A model generated the notes under the pieces. The model was not told the origin of the DNA. It did no database searches and was given only the letters and a program-made list of their open reading frames with translations. Shown in pieces: positions 48,413 through 61,690 of a stretch of 64,000 nucleotides of DNA; within the stretch, counting starts at the first letter, position 1, and each line of letters begins with the position of its first letter. A program made the translations under genes and the position numbers. This stretch comes from Klebsiella pneumoniae (GTDB taxonomy: Bacteria > Myxococcota_A > UBA796 > SXON01): NCBI GenBank assembly GCA_945862325.1, contig CAMAXZ010000012.1, forward strand, positions 1-64,000. The letters are read 5' to 3'.

Positions 48413-49291
48413 TCAGACGACGCCGAGGACCTCGGCCATCTTCCGACCCATCTCCGCGGGGCTGCGCACGTTGTGGAAGCCCGCGGCCGCCATGGCCTCG
48501 TACTTGCCCTCGGCCGTGCCCTGGCCGCCGCTGATGATGGCGCCCGCGTGGCCCATGCGGCGCCCGGGGGGCGCCGTGGCGCCGGCGATGAACCCCACCA
48601 CCGGCTTCTTCATGTTGTCCTTCGCCCAGGCGGCCGCCTCCTCCTCGGAGGAGCCGCCGATCTCGCCGATCATGATGACGGCGTCGGTGTCCGGATCGTC
48701 GTTGAAGAGCTTGAGCGCGTCGATGTGGCGCGTCCCGATGACCGGGTCGCCGCCGATGCCGATCGCGGTGCTCTGACCGAGGCCGAAGCGGGTGAGCTGC
48801 CACACGGCTTCGTAGGTCAGGGTGCCCGAGCGGCTGAGGACCCCGATGCGGCCCGGCACGTGGATGTGCCCCGGCATGATGCCGATCTTGCACTGGCCCG
48901 GCGTGATGATGCCCGGGCAGTTGGGCCCGATCATCCGCACGTTCTTGCCCTGCATGTAGCGCCACACCGTGACCATGTCGTTCGCCGGGATGCCCTCGGT
49001 GATCGGCACGACGAGGCGCACGCCGGCGTCCACCGCCTCCATGATCGCGTCGGCCGCGAACGGCGGCGGCACGAAGATGACGGAGGCGTCGGCGCCGGTC
49101 TCACGCACCGCGTCGTACACGGTGTCGAAGACCGGGACGGTCTCGTTGAAGGTGGTGCCGCCCTTGCCCGGCGTGACGCCGGCCACGAGCTGCGTGCCGT
49201 ACGCCATCATCTGACCGGCGTGGAAGGCTCCGGCGGCGCCGGTGATGCCCTGACAAAGGACGCGAGTGTTCGAGTTGACGAGGATCGCCAT
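48413..49291 (-). CDS. sucD: Succinyl-CoA synthetase alpha subunit.
   Basis: [18 protein letters not shown]...[20 protein letters not shown]...SRSGTLTYE. Confidence 0.92.
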   Translation of the reverse strand: MAILVNSNTRVLCQGITGAAGAFHAGQMMAYGTQLVAGVTPGKGGTTFNETVPVFDTVYDAVRETGADASVIFVPPPFAADAIMEAVDAGVRLVVPITEGIPANDMVTVWRYMQGKNVRMIGPNCPGIITPGQCKIGIMPGHIHVPGRIGVLSRSGTLTYEAVWQLTRFGLGQSTAIGIGGDPVIGTRHIDALKLFNDDPDTDAVIMIGEIGGSSEEEAAAWAKDNMKKPVVGFIAGATAPPGRRMGHAGAIISGGQGTAEGKYEAMAAAGFHNVRSPAEMGRKMAEVLGVV

Positions 49292-49293
49292 GA

Positions 49294-50529
49294 CTAACTC
49301 CGCACCGCGGCGACGATCTTCTCGGCCGCGTCCGACATCGAGTCCGCAGGGATGACGGCGAGGTTGCTCTCCGCCAGGATCTTCTTGCCAAGCTCCACGT
49401 TCGTGCCCTGGAGGCGCACGACCAGCGGCACGGAGAGGCCGGTCTCGCGGACGGCGTCGAGCACGCCGTTGGCGATGACGTCGCACTTCATGATGCCGCC
49501 GAAGATGTTCACGAGGATGCCCTTCACCGCCGGGTCGGCCGTGATGAGCTTGAAGGCCGCGGTGACCTTCTCCTTGGTGGCGCCGCCGCCGACATCGAGG
49601 AAGTTCGCCGGCTCTTCCCCGTAGAACTTGATGATGTCCATCGTGGCCATCGCGAGCCCCGCGCCGTTGACGAGGCAGCCGATCGAGCCGTCGAGCTTGA
49701 CGAACTGCAGGTCGTACTTGGAGGCCTCGATCTCGACGGGGTCCTCTTCCGAGAGGTCGCGCATCGCGACGACCTCGGGGTGGCGGTAGAGGGCGTTCTC
49801 GTCGAAGGTCATCTTCGCGTCGAGGGGCAGCACGCCGCCGTCTTCAGTGACGACGAGCGGGTTGATCTCGAGCATCGACGCGTCGGACTTGACGTAGGTG
49901 TCGTACAGGCCGACGACGAGCTTCGCGAAGGCGTTGACGGTCTTGCCCGAGAGCCCGAGGCCGAACGCCAGCTTACGCGCCTGGAACGCGCCGAAGCCGC
50001 TGACCGGGTCCGCCCACTCGCGGAGGATGCGCTCGGGGTGGTGCTCGGCGATCTCTTCGATCTCCGTGCCGCCGTCGGCGGAGACCATGACCAGGATGCG
50101 CGAGCACGCCCGATCGAGCAGGATCGCCAGGTAGTACTCCTTCGCGATCTTGCAGCCGGCCTCGACGTAGAGGGTGCGCACCTTGCTGCCCGACCGGCCG
50201 GTCTGCTTCGTCACCAGCGTGCCGCCGAGCATCGCGTCGGCCGCAGCCCGCACGGAGTCGAGGTTGAAGCACACCCGGACGCCGCCCTTGCCCGGCAACC
50301 CGTCGTCGCCGCGCGCCGCGCCGTCGAGCACGTCTTCCGACGCTTCGTGGACGAACCGCCCCTTGCCGCGGCCACCCGCGTGGACCTGCGACTTCACGAC
50401 CCACACGGAGCCGCCGATGGCCTCCGCGGCCGCCACCGCCTCGTCGGCGGAGCGCGCCGCGTGCCCGGGGAGCGTGTACACCCCGTGCTTCCGGAGGATC
50501 TCCTTGCCCTGATACTCGTGGATCTTCAT
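49294..50529 (-). CDS. sucC: Succinyl-CoA synthetase beta subunit.
   Basis: [17 protein letters not shown]...[13 protein letters not shown]...[15 protein letters not shown]. Stop lies 2 nt before the sucD start. Confidence 0.92.
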   Translation of the reverse strand: MKIHEYQGKEILRKHGVYTLPGHAARSADEAVAAAEAIGGSVWVVKSQVHAGGRGKGRFVHEASEDVLDGAARGDDGLPGKGGVRVCFNLDSVRAAADAMLGGTLVTKQTGRSGSKVRTLYVEAGCKIAKEYYLAILLDRACSRILVMVSADGGTEIEEIAEHHPERILREWADPVSGFGAFQARKLAFGLGLSGKTVNAFAKLVVGLYDTYVKSDASMLEINPLVVTEDGGVLPLDAKMTFDENALYRHPEVVAMRDLSEEDPVEIEASKYDLQFVKLDGSIGCLVNGAGLAMATMDIIKFYGEEPANFLDVGGGATKEKVTAAFKLITADPAVKGILVNIFGGIMKCDVIANGVLDAVRETGLSVPLVVRLQGTNVELGKKILAESNLAVIPADSMSDAAEKIVAAVRS

Positions 50530-50539
50530 GGGTTCGCCC

Positions 50540-51838
<1,299 letters not shown>

Positions 51839-51876
51839 GGGAACCTCCGTGATTCGTGAGCGCGCGGCGGGCGGGA

Positions 51877-53049
51877 TCAGCCGTTGGACGAGTAGCGGCG
51901 GCGGGGCTGGTTCACCGGGATGTCGTCCGGGCGGTAGATGGCGACCCCCTTGCCGTTGCGGTGGACGAGGCGCTCGTCGACGATCTGCGCGGCGATGCCG
52001 GAGCAGCGCGCGAGGCCGAAGAGCACCGTGTAGTACTCGGCGTCCGCGAGGCCGCAGGCGCGGAGCAGCGTGCCCGAGACGGCGTCGACGTTCGGGTACG
52101 GGTTCTTGACCTTGGGCGAGCCCTTGAGCACCTTGACGGCGCGCTCGCGCATGATGACGGCGCGGCGGAAGAGGGGGTCGTCCGGGCAGAGGGTCTCGCC
52201 GAGGGCGTACTGGACGCCGGCGCGCGGATCCTCCGCGCGGAGCACGGCGTGACCGAAGCCGAAGATGGAGCGACCGGCGGCGAGCTCGTCCGACACGAAC
52301 TTCTCGACGGCGTCGGGGTCGTCCGTGCCGCAGGCCTCGAGGAACTCGAGGCACTCCTGGTTCGCGCGGCCGTGACGGGGGCCGTACAGCCCGGCCATGG
52401 AGGCGCCGAGGCTGGCGTACATGTCGGAGAGGCCGGAGGCGACGGCCTTGCCCACGAAGGTGGAGAGGTTTCCGCCGCCGTGGTCCATGTGGAGCACGTA
52501 GAAGACGCGCATGAGCTTGGTGAGGCGCTCCGTGTCCGCCCCGGGCACGCCGAGCATGTGCACGAAGTTCTCGACGAGGCCGAGCTCGGGCTTGCTGGCG
52601 ATGGGGTCGCCCCAGCCGCTGCGGACGCGGTAGATCGCGGCGATGACCTCGGGCATCTGCGCGACGACGTTGAGCCCGTCCTCGCGGTAGTTGCCGGTCT
52701 TGCAGAGCATGCCGAGGAAGTTGAGGCCCGCCATGAGCCACTCCATCGGGTGGCCCGCCTTGGGGAGGCCCTTGATGAGCTCGATGACGCGCGCGTCGAC
52801 CGCGGAGCGGCGCACGAGGTCGGCCTTGAAGGCCGCGAGCTCGTCGCCCTCGGGCGTGCGCTTGTGGAACAGGAGGAACACCGCCTGCTCCGGATCGATG
52901 TGCGCGAGATCCGCGATCGGGTAGCCGACGTAATGCAGGCCCTCCGCCGGGTTGACCTCCGACGTGAAGACCGTGCTGACGGGCATCCCGCGCAGACCGG
53001 TGTCGAGAGAGTCTTCGGTGATCTCGAAGAGGACCTTCTTGTCGGACAT
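51877..53049 (-). CDS. gltA: Citrate synthase (short, CitZ/type-I-like; 2-methylcitrate synthase not excluded).
   Basis: [47 protein letters not shown]...[14 protein letters not shown], with catalytic His/Asp blocks. Confidence 0.85.
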   Translation of the reverse strand: MSDKKVLFEITEDSLDTGLRGMPVSTVFTSEVNPAEGLHYVGYPIADLAHIDPEQAVFLLFHKRTPEGDELAAFKADLVRRSAVDARVIELIKGLPKAGHPMEWLMAGLNFLGMLCKTGNYREDGLNVVAQMPEVIAAIYRVRSGWGDPIASKPELGLVENFVHMLGVPGADTERLTKLMRVFYVLHMDHGGGNLSTFVGKAVASGLSDMYASLGASMAGLYGPRHGRANQECLEFLEACGTDDPDAVEKFVSDELAAGRSIFGFGHAVLRAEDPRAGVQYALGETLCPDDPLFRRAVIMRERAVKVLKGSPKVKNPYPNVDAVSGTLLRACGLADAEYYTVLFGLARCSGIAAQIVDERLVHRNGKGVAIYRPDDIPVNQPRRRYSSNG

Positions 53050-53213
53050 GCACGCCTCCGTGGGTGGCCCCAAGTAGCCGGAGGCTCAGGCGTCGGCCAC
53101 AGGCCGACACGAGCGGGTGCGAAATGTCTTGCGCACCGGAGCAACTTCGGCGTTCTTCCGTACAAAAACGACGGCGGCCGCCCGAGGGCGGCCGCCGGTA
53201 CGCGGAAGGACGA

Positions 53214-54386
<1,173 letters not shown>

Positions 54387-54474
54387 TGAAAGCATCCTCG
54401 CGCGTGGGGGCCGCCTGGGGCACGGCCATTGAAAGGGGCGTTCGGCGTATCACGATACACCGCGCGACCGTCAA

Positions 54475-54497
54475 GCGCGCCCGAGCCCCGGGCGCGC
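54475..54497 (-). terminator. GC-rich inverted repeat (gcgcgcccg-gggct-cgggcgcgc) immediately after the hpf stop; candidate terminator of the lptAB-rpoN-hpf transcript.
   Basis: Read in the 54387-54531 leader. 9-bp stem, 5-nt loop, no U-tract (common in high-GC genomes). Confidence 0.35.
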
Positions 54498-54531
54498 TTG
54501 GGGCTCCAGTTTACCGAGGATGTCGCGCCGC

Positions 54532-54816
54532 TTACTCGCGTGCTCGTTCTTTCGCCCTCTGGGCGGTCTCTTCGATGCGCGCCATGACCGCGTCGAGGGT
54601 GGCGTAGAGGTCGTCGGTCTCGTCCGAGGCCCGCAACACGCCCGCGGTCGTGTGCACGGTGAGCTCGGCGCGGTGCCGATGTTTGTCGACGGACAGGGTC
54701 AGGTGGGCGCTCGTCGGCTCGCGGAGGTGCTTGGTGACCTTCTGGAAGCGCTTCGACGCCCAGGTCTTGATCGCGTCCGTCGGCTCGACGTTTCGAAACG
54801 TGAACTCAAGGTCCAT
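54532..54816 (-). CDS. hpf: Ribosome hibernation promoting factor / sigma-54 modulation protein.
   Basis: MDLEFTFRNVEPTDAIKTWASKRFQKVTKHL...; 94 aa, directly downstream of rpoN. Confidence 0.85.
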   Translation of the reverse strand: MDLEFTFRNVEPTDAIKTWASKRFQKVTKHLREPTSAHLTLSVDKHRHRAELTVHTTAGVLRASDETDDLYATLDAVMARIEETAQRAKERARE

Positions 54817-54824
54817 CTCACCTC

Positions 54825-56261
54825 CTAGTAGACATTCTTCCGCTTGGACGAGGGCAGGATGCCCATCGCCTCGCGGTACTTGGCCACCGTGCGTCGCGCG
54901 ATGTCGACGTTCTCCGCGTGCAACACCTTGACGATCGCGTCGTCCGAGAGCGGCGAGGAGGGGTCCTCCGCCGCGATCAACTTACGGATGCGGCGCTTCA
55001 CGGTCTCGGCCGCGACCTGCTCGCCGCTGACCGCGTTGACGCCGTTGTTGAAGAAGAACTTGAGCTCGAAGATGCCCTGAGGGCACTGCACGTACTTGTT
55101 GGAGGTGACACGCGAGACGGTGCTCTCGTGGATGCCGAGCTCGTCGGCCACGTCGCGCAGCACCATGGGCTTGAGCTGCTCCGGGCCGTGCTCGAAGAAG
55201 TCGATCTGGCGGCGAAGGATGCACCGCATCACGCGGCCGATCGTGTTCTGACGCTTGTAGATGCTCTTGATCAGGAAGTCCGCGCTGTTGAGGCGCTCCT
55301 TGATGTAGTCGCGCTCCGCGCGCGTACTGTCCCGACCTTGAAGGACCTGACGGTAGTGCTTCGAAATCCGCAGCTTCGGAAGCCCGTCTTCGTTCTGGAG
55401 CACCTGCCACTCGTCTCCCATGCGGAACACGTAGACGTCCGGGGAGATGTACTGCGGCTCGCCGCTCTGGAACGCGCGCCCCGGCCACGGCTCGAGCTGC
55501 CGCAGCATGCGGTGGTACTCGACCACGTCTTCCTGTTCCATGCCCAACGCGCGGGAGATTGCCGCGTAGTTGCGCTTCTCGATGTCGGCGAGGTGCTGGA
55601 CGACCTTCGGGAAGTACGGGTCCTCCGGGTACTGCACGGCGAGCTGGACCAGCAGGCACTCTTCGAGCGACCGCGCTCCGCAGCCCAGCGGATCGAGGCG
55701 CTGCACGACCGCGAGCGCGCTCTCGGTGTCCTCGCGATCGAGCTCGTTCTCGGCGATCAGCTCGTCGAGCGGGGTGGCCAGCCAGCCGCGGTCGTCGAGG
55801 TTGTTCACGATGCAACGGGCCGCGGTGAGCTCGCCGTCCGTCAGGGCGACCATCTGGAGCTGCCACTCGAGGTGCTCGGCGAGGCTGTCCCGCTGCACGA
55901 GGTTCGTCTCGATCGGCGGCAGCTCCTCGAGGCCGGCGGACCCGCGCTCGCGCTGCGGGCCCTCGGCGTAGTCCTCGGCCACCTTGGCCCAGTCGATCTC
56001 TTCGTTCTGCCCGTTGTTCTGCTCGGCGGTGTCCGCCTGCGTCTGCGCGCTCAGGGTCTCGAGCGCCCGCTCGGCGTCGGAGGTCTCGTCGACGCTGGTG
56101 TCGGGGACCTCTTCGAGCGTCGGATTTTCCAGCATTTCTTGCTGGATCTGCTCGACGAGCTCGAGGTGGTTGAGCTGGAGGAGCTTGATGGCCTGTTGGA
56201 GCTGCGGCGTTATCGCGAGCTGTTGGTGGAGCTTGAGGTTCTGCTTGATCTCCAGGCCCAT
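54825..56261 (-). CDS. rpoN: RNA polymerase sigma-54 factor.
   Basis: N-terminal LKLHQQLAITPQLQQAIKLLQLNHLELVEQIQQE. C-terminal RpoN box ARRTVAKYRE. Confidence 0.92.
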   Translation of the reverse strand: MGLEIKQNLKLHQQLAITPQLQQAIKLLQLNHLELVEQIQQEMLENPTLEEVPDTSVDETSDAERALETLSAQTQADTAEQNNGQNEEIDWAKVAEDYAEGPQRERGSAGLEELPPIETNLVQRDSLAEHLEWQLQMVALTDGELTAARCIVNNLDDRGWLATPLDELIAENELDREDTESALAVVQRLDPLGCGARSLEECLLVQLAVQYPEDPYFPKVVQHLADIEKRNYAAISRALGMEQEDVVEYHRMLRQLEPWPGRAFQSGEPQYISPDVYVFRMGDEWQVLQNEDGLPKLRISKHYRQVLQGRDSTRAERDYIKERLNSADFLIKSIYKRQNTIGRVMRCILRRQIDFFEHGPEQLKPMVLRDVADELGIHESTVSRVTSNKYVQCPQGIFELKFFFNNGVNAVSGEQVAAETVKRRIRKLIAAEDPSSPLSDDAIVKVLHAENVDIARRTVAKYREAMGILPSSKRKNVY

Positions 56262-56269
56262 TGGACGCC

Positions 56270-57022
56270 CTACCCCTCGATGGTATCGGCTTTCGGAGGG
56301 TAGGGCAAAGGTGGTGCCAGGCTGAAGTCGGGCCCGAGGTACCGGGCCCGCGCGTGCGGATCGGCGGCGACCGCCGCCGGGGACCCCTCCACCTGCACCA
56401 CGCCACCGTCGAGCAAGAGCGCCCGATCGACCGTCGCCAGGGCCTCCCGCACCGCGTGGTCGGTGAGCACGACCGCGAGGCCGTCCGCGGCCAACGAGCG
56501 CACCAACGTCGCCAATCCGCGCACGGCCACCGGGTCGACCCCGGAGAACGGCTCGTCGAGCAGCAACACCCGCGGGCGCGTCGCCAACAGGCGCGCGAGC
56601 GCGAGACGGCGGCGTTCCCCGCCGCTCATCCGCTCCGGCCGCGCCCTCGCGAGCGTCGAGAGGCCCACCCGCGCGAGGAGCTCGTCCGGCGAGGCGCCGC
56701 TCCCTGCGACCTCCGCGAACAAGGCGACGTTCGCGCGCGCGTCGAGGTCGCGGAAAAGCGTGTCCTCTTGTGGCAGGTACCCGAGCCCGAGGCGGGCGCG
56801 CCGGTAGAGCGGCAGCGCGTCGACCCGAGCGCCGCAGAGGTGGACCTCGCCGGCGTCGGGCCGCAGCTCGCCGGCGAGGATGCGGAACATCGTCGTCTTC
56901 CCGGCCCCGTTCGGACCGAGCACCCCGAGGATCTCACCGGCTTGGACCTCGAGATCGACGCGGTCGACGACACGCCGCCCCTTCCAGACCTTCACGACCC
57001 CGCGCGCGACGAGGCGCGTCAA
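56270..57022 (-). CDS. lptB: LPS export ABC transporter ATP-binding protein.
   Basis: GPNGAGKTT, LSGGERRRLALARLL and VLLLDEPFSGVD. The likely start is TTG (MTRLVARGVVKVWKGRRVV aligns with LptB MATLTAKNLAKAYKGRRVV), overlapping the lptA stop (TTGA). The ORF track's GTG at 57055 would add 11 aa. Confidence 0.85.
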   Translation of the reverse strand: MTRLVARGVVKVWKGRRVVDRVDLEVQAGEILGVLGPNGAGKTTMFRILAGELRPDAGEVHLCGARVDALPLYRRARLGLGYLPQEDTLFRDLDARANVALFAEVAGSGASPDELLARVGLSTLARARPERMSGGERRRLALARLLATRPRVLLLDEPFSGVDPVAVRGLATLVRSLAADGLAVVLTDHAVREALATVDRALLLDGGVVQVEGSPAAVAADPHARARYLGPDFSLAPPLPYPPKADTIEG

Positions 57023-57600
57023 CGGATCGCGTCCCCGGCCAAGGTCAGCCGGCACGGCGCGCCCTCGACGCCCTCGCAGACGGCGCGCTCGTCGTCGAGC
57101 CAGAGCACGATGCGCTCGCCGGTCAGCCAGCTCGGCCCTTCACGCAGCCGCGGGTGCCCGGTGATGGTGATCTCGCCGGTCGAGGCGACCAGCACCGCGC
57201 GCCCCCCCTCTCCACGCCGGTCGCCGCGCTCGACGACGACCGCGCCGTCCGCCTCGACCCGATCGACGCGGCCGCCGTCGGCGTAGCGGACCACGAGGGT
57301 GTCGGCGCGCAGCGTGACGTCCCCGCGCGTGGCGGAGACCCCCCCGGAGAACGTCGTGATCCCGGCGCGGAGGTCCCACTCGGTGCGCGGGGCGTCGATC
57401 GTCAGCGGCGGGCGGCCCGACGCCGGCGTGACCACGCCGGTGACGTCGACGCCGGTGGCTCGCTCCGCCTCGAGCGTGGCCCGCGCGGCCCGCGCCTCCC
57501 ACCCTTCGCCCTCGACGACGAGCGACGTCGCCTCCCAGGCCTCGGGCAGGGGCGCCGTGGCGGCGGGGGCACAGGCGACCAGAAGCGTCGGGAAGACCAC
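57019..57600 (-). CDS. lptA: LptA/LptC-family (OstA-like) periplasmic LPS-transport protein, with a lipobox.
   Basis: MVFPTLLVACAPA. OstA-like beta-jellyroll segments ADTLVVRYADGGRVDRVEADGAVVV. Position upstream of lptB-rpoN. Confidence 0.65.
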   Translation of the reverse strand: MVFPTLLVACAPAATAPLPEAWEATSLVVEGEGWEARAARATLEAERATGVDVTGVVTPASGRPPLTIDAPRTEWDLRAGITTFSGGVSATRGDVTLRADTLVVRYADGGRVDRVEADGAVVVERGDRRGEGGRAVLVASTGEITITGHPRLREGPSWLTGERIVLWLDDERAVCEGVEGAPCRLTLAGDAIR

Positions 57601-57704
57601 GGTCGACGTTACGCCGTCGAGAGGCCGGACGCAACCTGCCCCACCGCGCCGGTCACGTCCTCGGCCCGCCGGTCGGATAGGCGATGGGAAGCCGGAGCCG
57701 AGTC

Positions 57705-58229
57705 ATGGACCTCAGACCCCAACGCTGGACGATCCTCCTCGGACTCATCGCGTGCCTCTGGGGCTTCGTCATGGGCGGGGTCTTCGGCGCCGCGGAAGAC
57801 CCGATCAAGGAGGCCCTCCGGGCGCGCGGCGAGGCGGTGCTCGAGACGCACTACGCAGGCGACGCCACGAAGGCCCAGGCGGTCGCGGACAAGTCGTTCC
57901 GGTACCTCGTCCGCTCGCACCTCCACGGCGGGGCGATCGGCGCGGTCGCGACCCTGTGCGGGCTCGTGCTCGCCACCCTCCGACGCGGTCCGCCGGGGCC
58001 GCGGCGCGCGATCGGCGCGCTCATCGGGGCCGGGGCCCTGGCGTACGCGCTGTACTGGGCCGCCGCCGGCTGGATCGCTCCGGGCCTCGGGTCGACCGGG
58101 GCGGCAAAGGAAGCGCTGGCGTGGTGGGCGATCCCCGCGGCGGGGGCGTGCATCGTCGGGCTCACGGGGACGGTCGTCCTCGCGGCGCTCGAGTGGTGGA
58201 GCGCGCCGACCCCGTCACCGACGGCGTAG
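57705..58229 (+). CDS. Hypothetical 4-TM membrane protein, divergent from lptA.
   Basis: WTILLGLIACLWGFVMGGVFG plus three more TM helices. Minus-strand ORFs here are Arg/Glu-rich junk. Confidence 0.45.
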   Translation: MDLRPQRWTILLGLIACLWGFVMGGVFGAAEDPIKEALRARGEAVLETHYAGDATKAQAVADKSFRYLVRSHLHGGAIGAVATLCGLVLATLRRGPPGPRRAIGALIGAGALAYALYWAAAGWIAPGLGSTGAAKEALAWWAIPAAGACIVGLTGTVVLAALEWWSAPTPSPTA

Positions 58230-58237
58230 TCCGGACC

Positions 58238-59881
58238 TCAGGCGATGGCCTCGGGCCCGCCGACCGCCGGACGCGCCGCCGCGCGCTGGCGCTCGACGGC
58301 CGCGCGCACGAACGAAACGAACAAGGGGTGCGGCACCAGCGGCCGGCTCTTGAATTCAGGATGGAACTGGCACGCGACGAAGTAGGGGTGGTTCGGCAGC
58401 TCGACCATCTCGACCAGCAGCCCGTCCGGGGACGTGCCGCAGATGCTCATGCCGGAGCGCCGAAGCAGGTCGTGGTAGTCGGGGTTGATCTCGTACCGAT
58501 GCCGATGCCGCTCGCTGACCACCTCGGCGCCGCCGTAGATGTCACGCGCGCGCGTGCCCTCGCCGAGCACGCACGGGTACGTCCCGAGCCGCATCGTGCC
58601 GCCGAGGTCCACGAAGTTCCGCTGGGCGTCCATCATCCGGACGACCGGGTGCGCGGCGTTGGGCGCCACCTCGGACGTCTGGGCGTCCGTGATGCCGGCG
58701 ACGTTGCGTAGGTACTCGATCACCGCGAGCTGCATGCCGAGGCAGATCCCGAAGAACGGGATGCCGTGCTCGCGCGCGTAGCGAATCGCGAGGATCTTCC
58801 CTTCGAGCCCGCGCTGGCCGAACCCGCCGGGGATCAGCACCGCGTCGCACCCGCCGAGCTGCGCGGCGACCCGCGCGCCGTCGAGCTCTTCGGAGTCGAC
58901 GTACCGGAGTTCGACGCGGGCGTCGTTGACCACCGCGCCGTGGGCGAGCGCCTCGTTCAGCGACTTGTAGGTGTCCGTGAGGTGGACGTACTTGCCGACG
59001 ACCGCCACGCGCACGGTGTGGTGCGGGTTGGCGGCGCGGACGACGTACTCTTCCCAGCGCGCGAGGTGCGGCTGCATCGCCCACGCGCCGAGGCGCTGCA
59101 GGATGCGGTCGTCCAACCCCTGCTCGTGGAACACCAGCGGCAGGCTGTAGATGTTGTCGACGTCCGAGGCGCTGATCACGTCGTCGGGCCCCACGTTGCA
59201 GAACCCGGCGATCTTCTGGCGGAGGTCGCGCGGGATGGGCTTCTCGCTGCGGCACAGGAGGATGTCCGGCTGGATGCCGACGCTGAGCAGCTCCTTCACG
59301 GAGTGCTGGGTGGGCTTCGTCTTGAGCTCGCCGGCCGCCCGGATGTAGGGCACCAGGGTGACGTGCACGTAGAGCACGTTCTCCGGCCCGATGTCGGCGC
59401 GGAACTGGCGAATCGCCTCGAGGAACGGGAGGGACTCGATGTCGCCGACCGTGCCGCCGACCTCGATGATCGCCATGTCCACATCGCTCGTGGCCTCCGA
59501 GATCAAGCGCTTGATCTCGTCCGTGATGTGCGGGATCACCTGGACCGTGCGCCCGAGGTAGTCGCCGCGGCGCTCGCGCTCGATGACGTTGCGGTACACG
59601 CGCCCCGTCGTGAAGCTGTGGCGCTGGGCCGTCGGACGCGACACGAACCGCTCGTAGTGCCCGAGGTCCAGGTCCGTCTCGGCGCCGTCTTCGGTGACGA
59701 ACACCTCGCCGTGCTGGTAGGGGCTCATGGTGCCGGGATCCACGTTGATGTACGGGTCCATCTTGACGTTGGCGACCCGCAGTCCACGCGCTTCCATCAA
59801 CGCGCCGATCGCCGCGGCGCTGAGCCCCTTCCCCAGGGAGGAGAGCACGCCGCCGGTCACGAACAGGTACTTCGTCTTCAT
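58238..59881 (-). CDS. pyrG: CTP synthase.
   Basis: [19 protein letters not shown]...C-terminal GATase [12 protein letters not shown]...HRHRYE. MFM-KTK offers two candidate ATGs. Confidence 0.92.
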   Translation of the reverse strand: MKTKYLFVTGGVLSSLGKGLSAAAIGALMEARGLRVANVKMDPYINVDPGTMSPYQHGEVFVTEDGAETDLDLGHYERFVSRPTAQRHSFTTGRVYRNVIERERRGDYLGRTVQVIPHITDEIKRLISEATSDVDMAIIEVGGTVGDIESLPFLEAIRQFRADIGPENVLYVHVTLVPYIRAAGELKTKPTQHSVKELLSVGIQPDILLCRSEKPIPRDLRQKIAGFCNVGPDDVISASDVDNIYSLPLVFHEQGLDDRILQRLGAWAMQPHLARWEEYVVRAANPHHTVRVAVVGKYVHLTDTYKSLNEALAHGAVVNDARVELRYVDSEELDGARVAAQLGGCDAVLIPGGFGQRGLEGKILAIRYAREHGIPFFGICLGMQLAVIEYLRNVAGITDAQTSEVAPNAAHPVVRMMDAQRNFVDLGGTMRLGTYPCVLGEGTRARDIYGGAEVVSERHRHRYEINPDYHDLLRRSGMSICGTSPDGLLVEMVELPNHPYFVACQFHPEFKSRPLVPHPLFVSFVRAAVERQRAAARPAVGGPEAIA

Positions 59882-60600
59882 GAACATCCCACGAGGGTGG
59901 AAGCGCCCGCCCATCGAGCGCGCGCACGTTGGAGATCGTCGGCGGTGTCGACGGCGAGGCCCGCGTCGGCGACGGTGAGGACCTGAATGGGAACGCCGGC
60001 TTCGAGCCACCGGAGCTGCTCGAGCTGCTCCGCCTGCTCCAGCGGAGACGGCGCCAGCGCGGCCACGCGGGCGAGGGTACGCGCCTCGAAGGCGTACACC
60101 CCTACGTGAACACGGTACGGCCCGCGCGTGGGGATCGGCGCTCGGCTGAAGTACAACGCCCGACCGGACGCGTCGGTGACCACCTTGACGCGGCTCGCCT
60201 TCGAGGCCTCGGCAGCGTCGAGCGGCGCGCTGGCGGTCGCGATCGCGGCGCCGCGCACCACGGCGTCCGCCAGGTCGGTCACCAAGGACGGCTCGACGAA
60301 CGGCTCGTCACCCTGGACGTTCACGACGACCGTGGGCGCGGGAGAAAGCGAAGCCGCCGCCGCCGCGACGCGGAGCGTGCCGTTGGACGCGGGGCCCGTA
60401 CGAAGCACGCGCCCGCCGTGAGCCAGCACCGCCTGAGCCACGGCGTCGTCGTCCGTGGCCACATACACGGCATCGACCCCGCGGGCGGCGAAGACTCGTT
60501 CCCACACCCGCACCACCATGGGGGCGCCACCGATGTCGGCGAGCACCTTGCCTGGAAGGCGCGCGCTCGCCGACCGCGCGGGGATGATCGCCACGATCAA
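59878..60600 (-). CDS. kdsB: 3-deoxy-manno-octulosonate cytidylyltransferase (CMP-Kdo synthetase).
   Basis: TTG start gives [20 protein letters not shown] (cf. E. coli MSFVVIIPARYASTRLPGK). GAGG lies 7 nt upstream. Stop overlaps the pyrG ATG (ATGA). Confidence 0.88.
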   Translation of the reverse strand: MIVAIIPARSASARLPGKVLADIGGAPMVVRVWERVFAARGVDAVYVATDDDAVAQAVLAHGGRVLRTGPASNGTLRVAAAAASLSPAPTVVVNVQGDEPFVEPSLVTDLADAVVRGAAIATASAPLDAAEASKASRVKVVTDASGRALYFSRAPIPTRGPYRVHVGVYAFEARTLARVAALAPSPLEQAEQLEQLRWLEAGVPIQVLTVADAGLAVDTADDLQRARARWAGASTLVGCS

Positions 60601-60681
60601 GGAAGCCTCGGGGCGGCCCAGCCGCCACCGGGAAGTCACCCGTCGCCTACCCGTTGTCAAGGGTGAGCGACGGGGCGCCGA

Positions 60682-61092
60682 TCAGCGCTTGGAGAACTGG
60701 AAGCGCTTGCGGGCGCCCGGACGGCCGTACTTCTTGCGCTCGACCATGCGGTCGTCGCGGCGGAGGAAGCCGGCGCGCTTCAGCTCGGCGCGGTCGTTCG
60801 GGTTGGCCGCGACGAGGGCGCGGGCGAGGCCCATGCGCACGGCTTCGGCCTGGCCGGTCTTGCCGCCACCGGCGAGGGACACGACCGCGTCATAGCGCTC
60901 GGCCGCGCCCACGAGGAGCTGGGCCTGGCGGATGATCATGCGGTGCGTGGCGCGCTCGAAGTAGAGGTCGGCGTCGCGGTCTGCGCGGGCAGACGTACGC
61001 ACGATGATCTTGCCGGAGCCGGGGCGGAGGAACACACGGGCGGCTGCGGTCTTGCGGCGGCCCGTGGCGTAGTACTGGGTGAGGGTGCGCAT
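60682..61092 (-). CDS. rpsI: 30S ribosomal protein S9.
   Basis: YYATGRRKTAAARVFLRPGSGKIIV...RKKYGRPGARKRFQFSKR. Confidence 0.92.
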   Translation of the reverse strand: MRTLTQYYATGRRKTAAARVFLRPGSGKIIVRTSARADRDADLYFERATHRMIIRQAQLLVGAAERYDAVVSLAGGGKTGQAEAVRMGLARALVAANPNDRAELKRAGFLRRDDRMVERKKYGRPGARKRFQFSKR

Positions 61093-61095
61093 GGA

Positions 61096-61551
61096 TCAGA
61101 CGTACTCGGGGAAGGGGCGGGGCTGCTGCGCGGTGTGCGGGTGGGCCACGCCGGCGTAGACCTTGAGCTTGGAGAGCATCGCGCGGCCGAGGCGGTTCTG
61201 CGGGAGCATGCCCCACACCGCGGCCTGGAGCACGCGCTCGGGGTGCGTCTCGAGCATCCGACGGGCGGTGGTAGTACGGAGGCCACCCGGGAACCCGGAG
61301 TAGCGGTAGTACGACTTCTGGTCGAGCTTGCGGCCCGTGAACACCACCTTCTCGGCGTTGATCACGACCACGTAGTCGCCGGTGTCGACGTGCGGCGTGT
61401 ACGCGGCCTTGTGCTTGCCCTGCAGCACCTGCGAGATGCGCGTGGCCAGGCGACCGACGGTGAGCCCGGACGCATCGACCACGAACCAGTCGTGGGTGAC
61501 GTCGGCGGGCTTGGTGGAGGGGGTGGACCAGGTGTGGTGGGCGACGCTCAT
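61096..61551 (-). CDS. rplM: 50S ribosomal protein L13.
   Basis: [57 protein letters not shown]. Confidence 0.9.
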   Translation of the reverse strand: MSVAHHTWSTPSTKPADVTHDWFVVDASGLTVGRLATRISQVLQGKHKAAYTPHVDTGDYVVVINAEKVVFTGRKLDQKSYYRYSGFPGGLRTTTARRMLETHPERVLQAAVWGMLPQNRLGRAMLSKLKVYAGVAHPHTAQQPRPFPEYV

Positions 61552-61690
61552 CAGATATCCCATGGTGGCGCGACGCCGCGCGGGTGCGCGGGCTGCCGAC
61601 GCGGAGCCGGCCGCGTCTATCGAGGCGCGGGCAGCCCGTCAAGGGTGCGCGCGCATGACCGGGGACCCCCGGCCGACGAGGCCCAGTGCC

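Noticed and set aside
54387-54531. Possible SAM riboswitch upstream of metK.
   Set aside because: I could not find SAM-I or SAM-II consensus elements by eye. Only a hairpin and a direct repeat are reported as a finding.
56261-58353. Plus-strand ORFs 56261..57286 and 56770..58353 across rpoN/lptB/lptA.
   Set aside because: Arg-rich antisense ORFs over strongly supported housekeeping genes.
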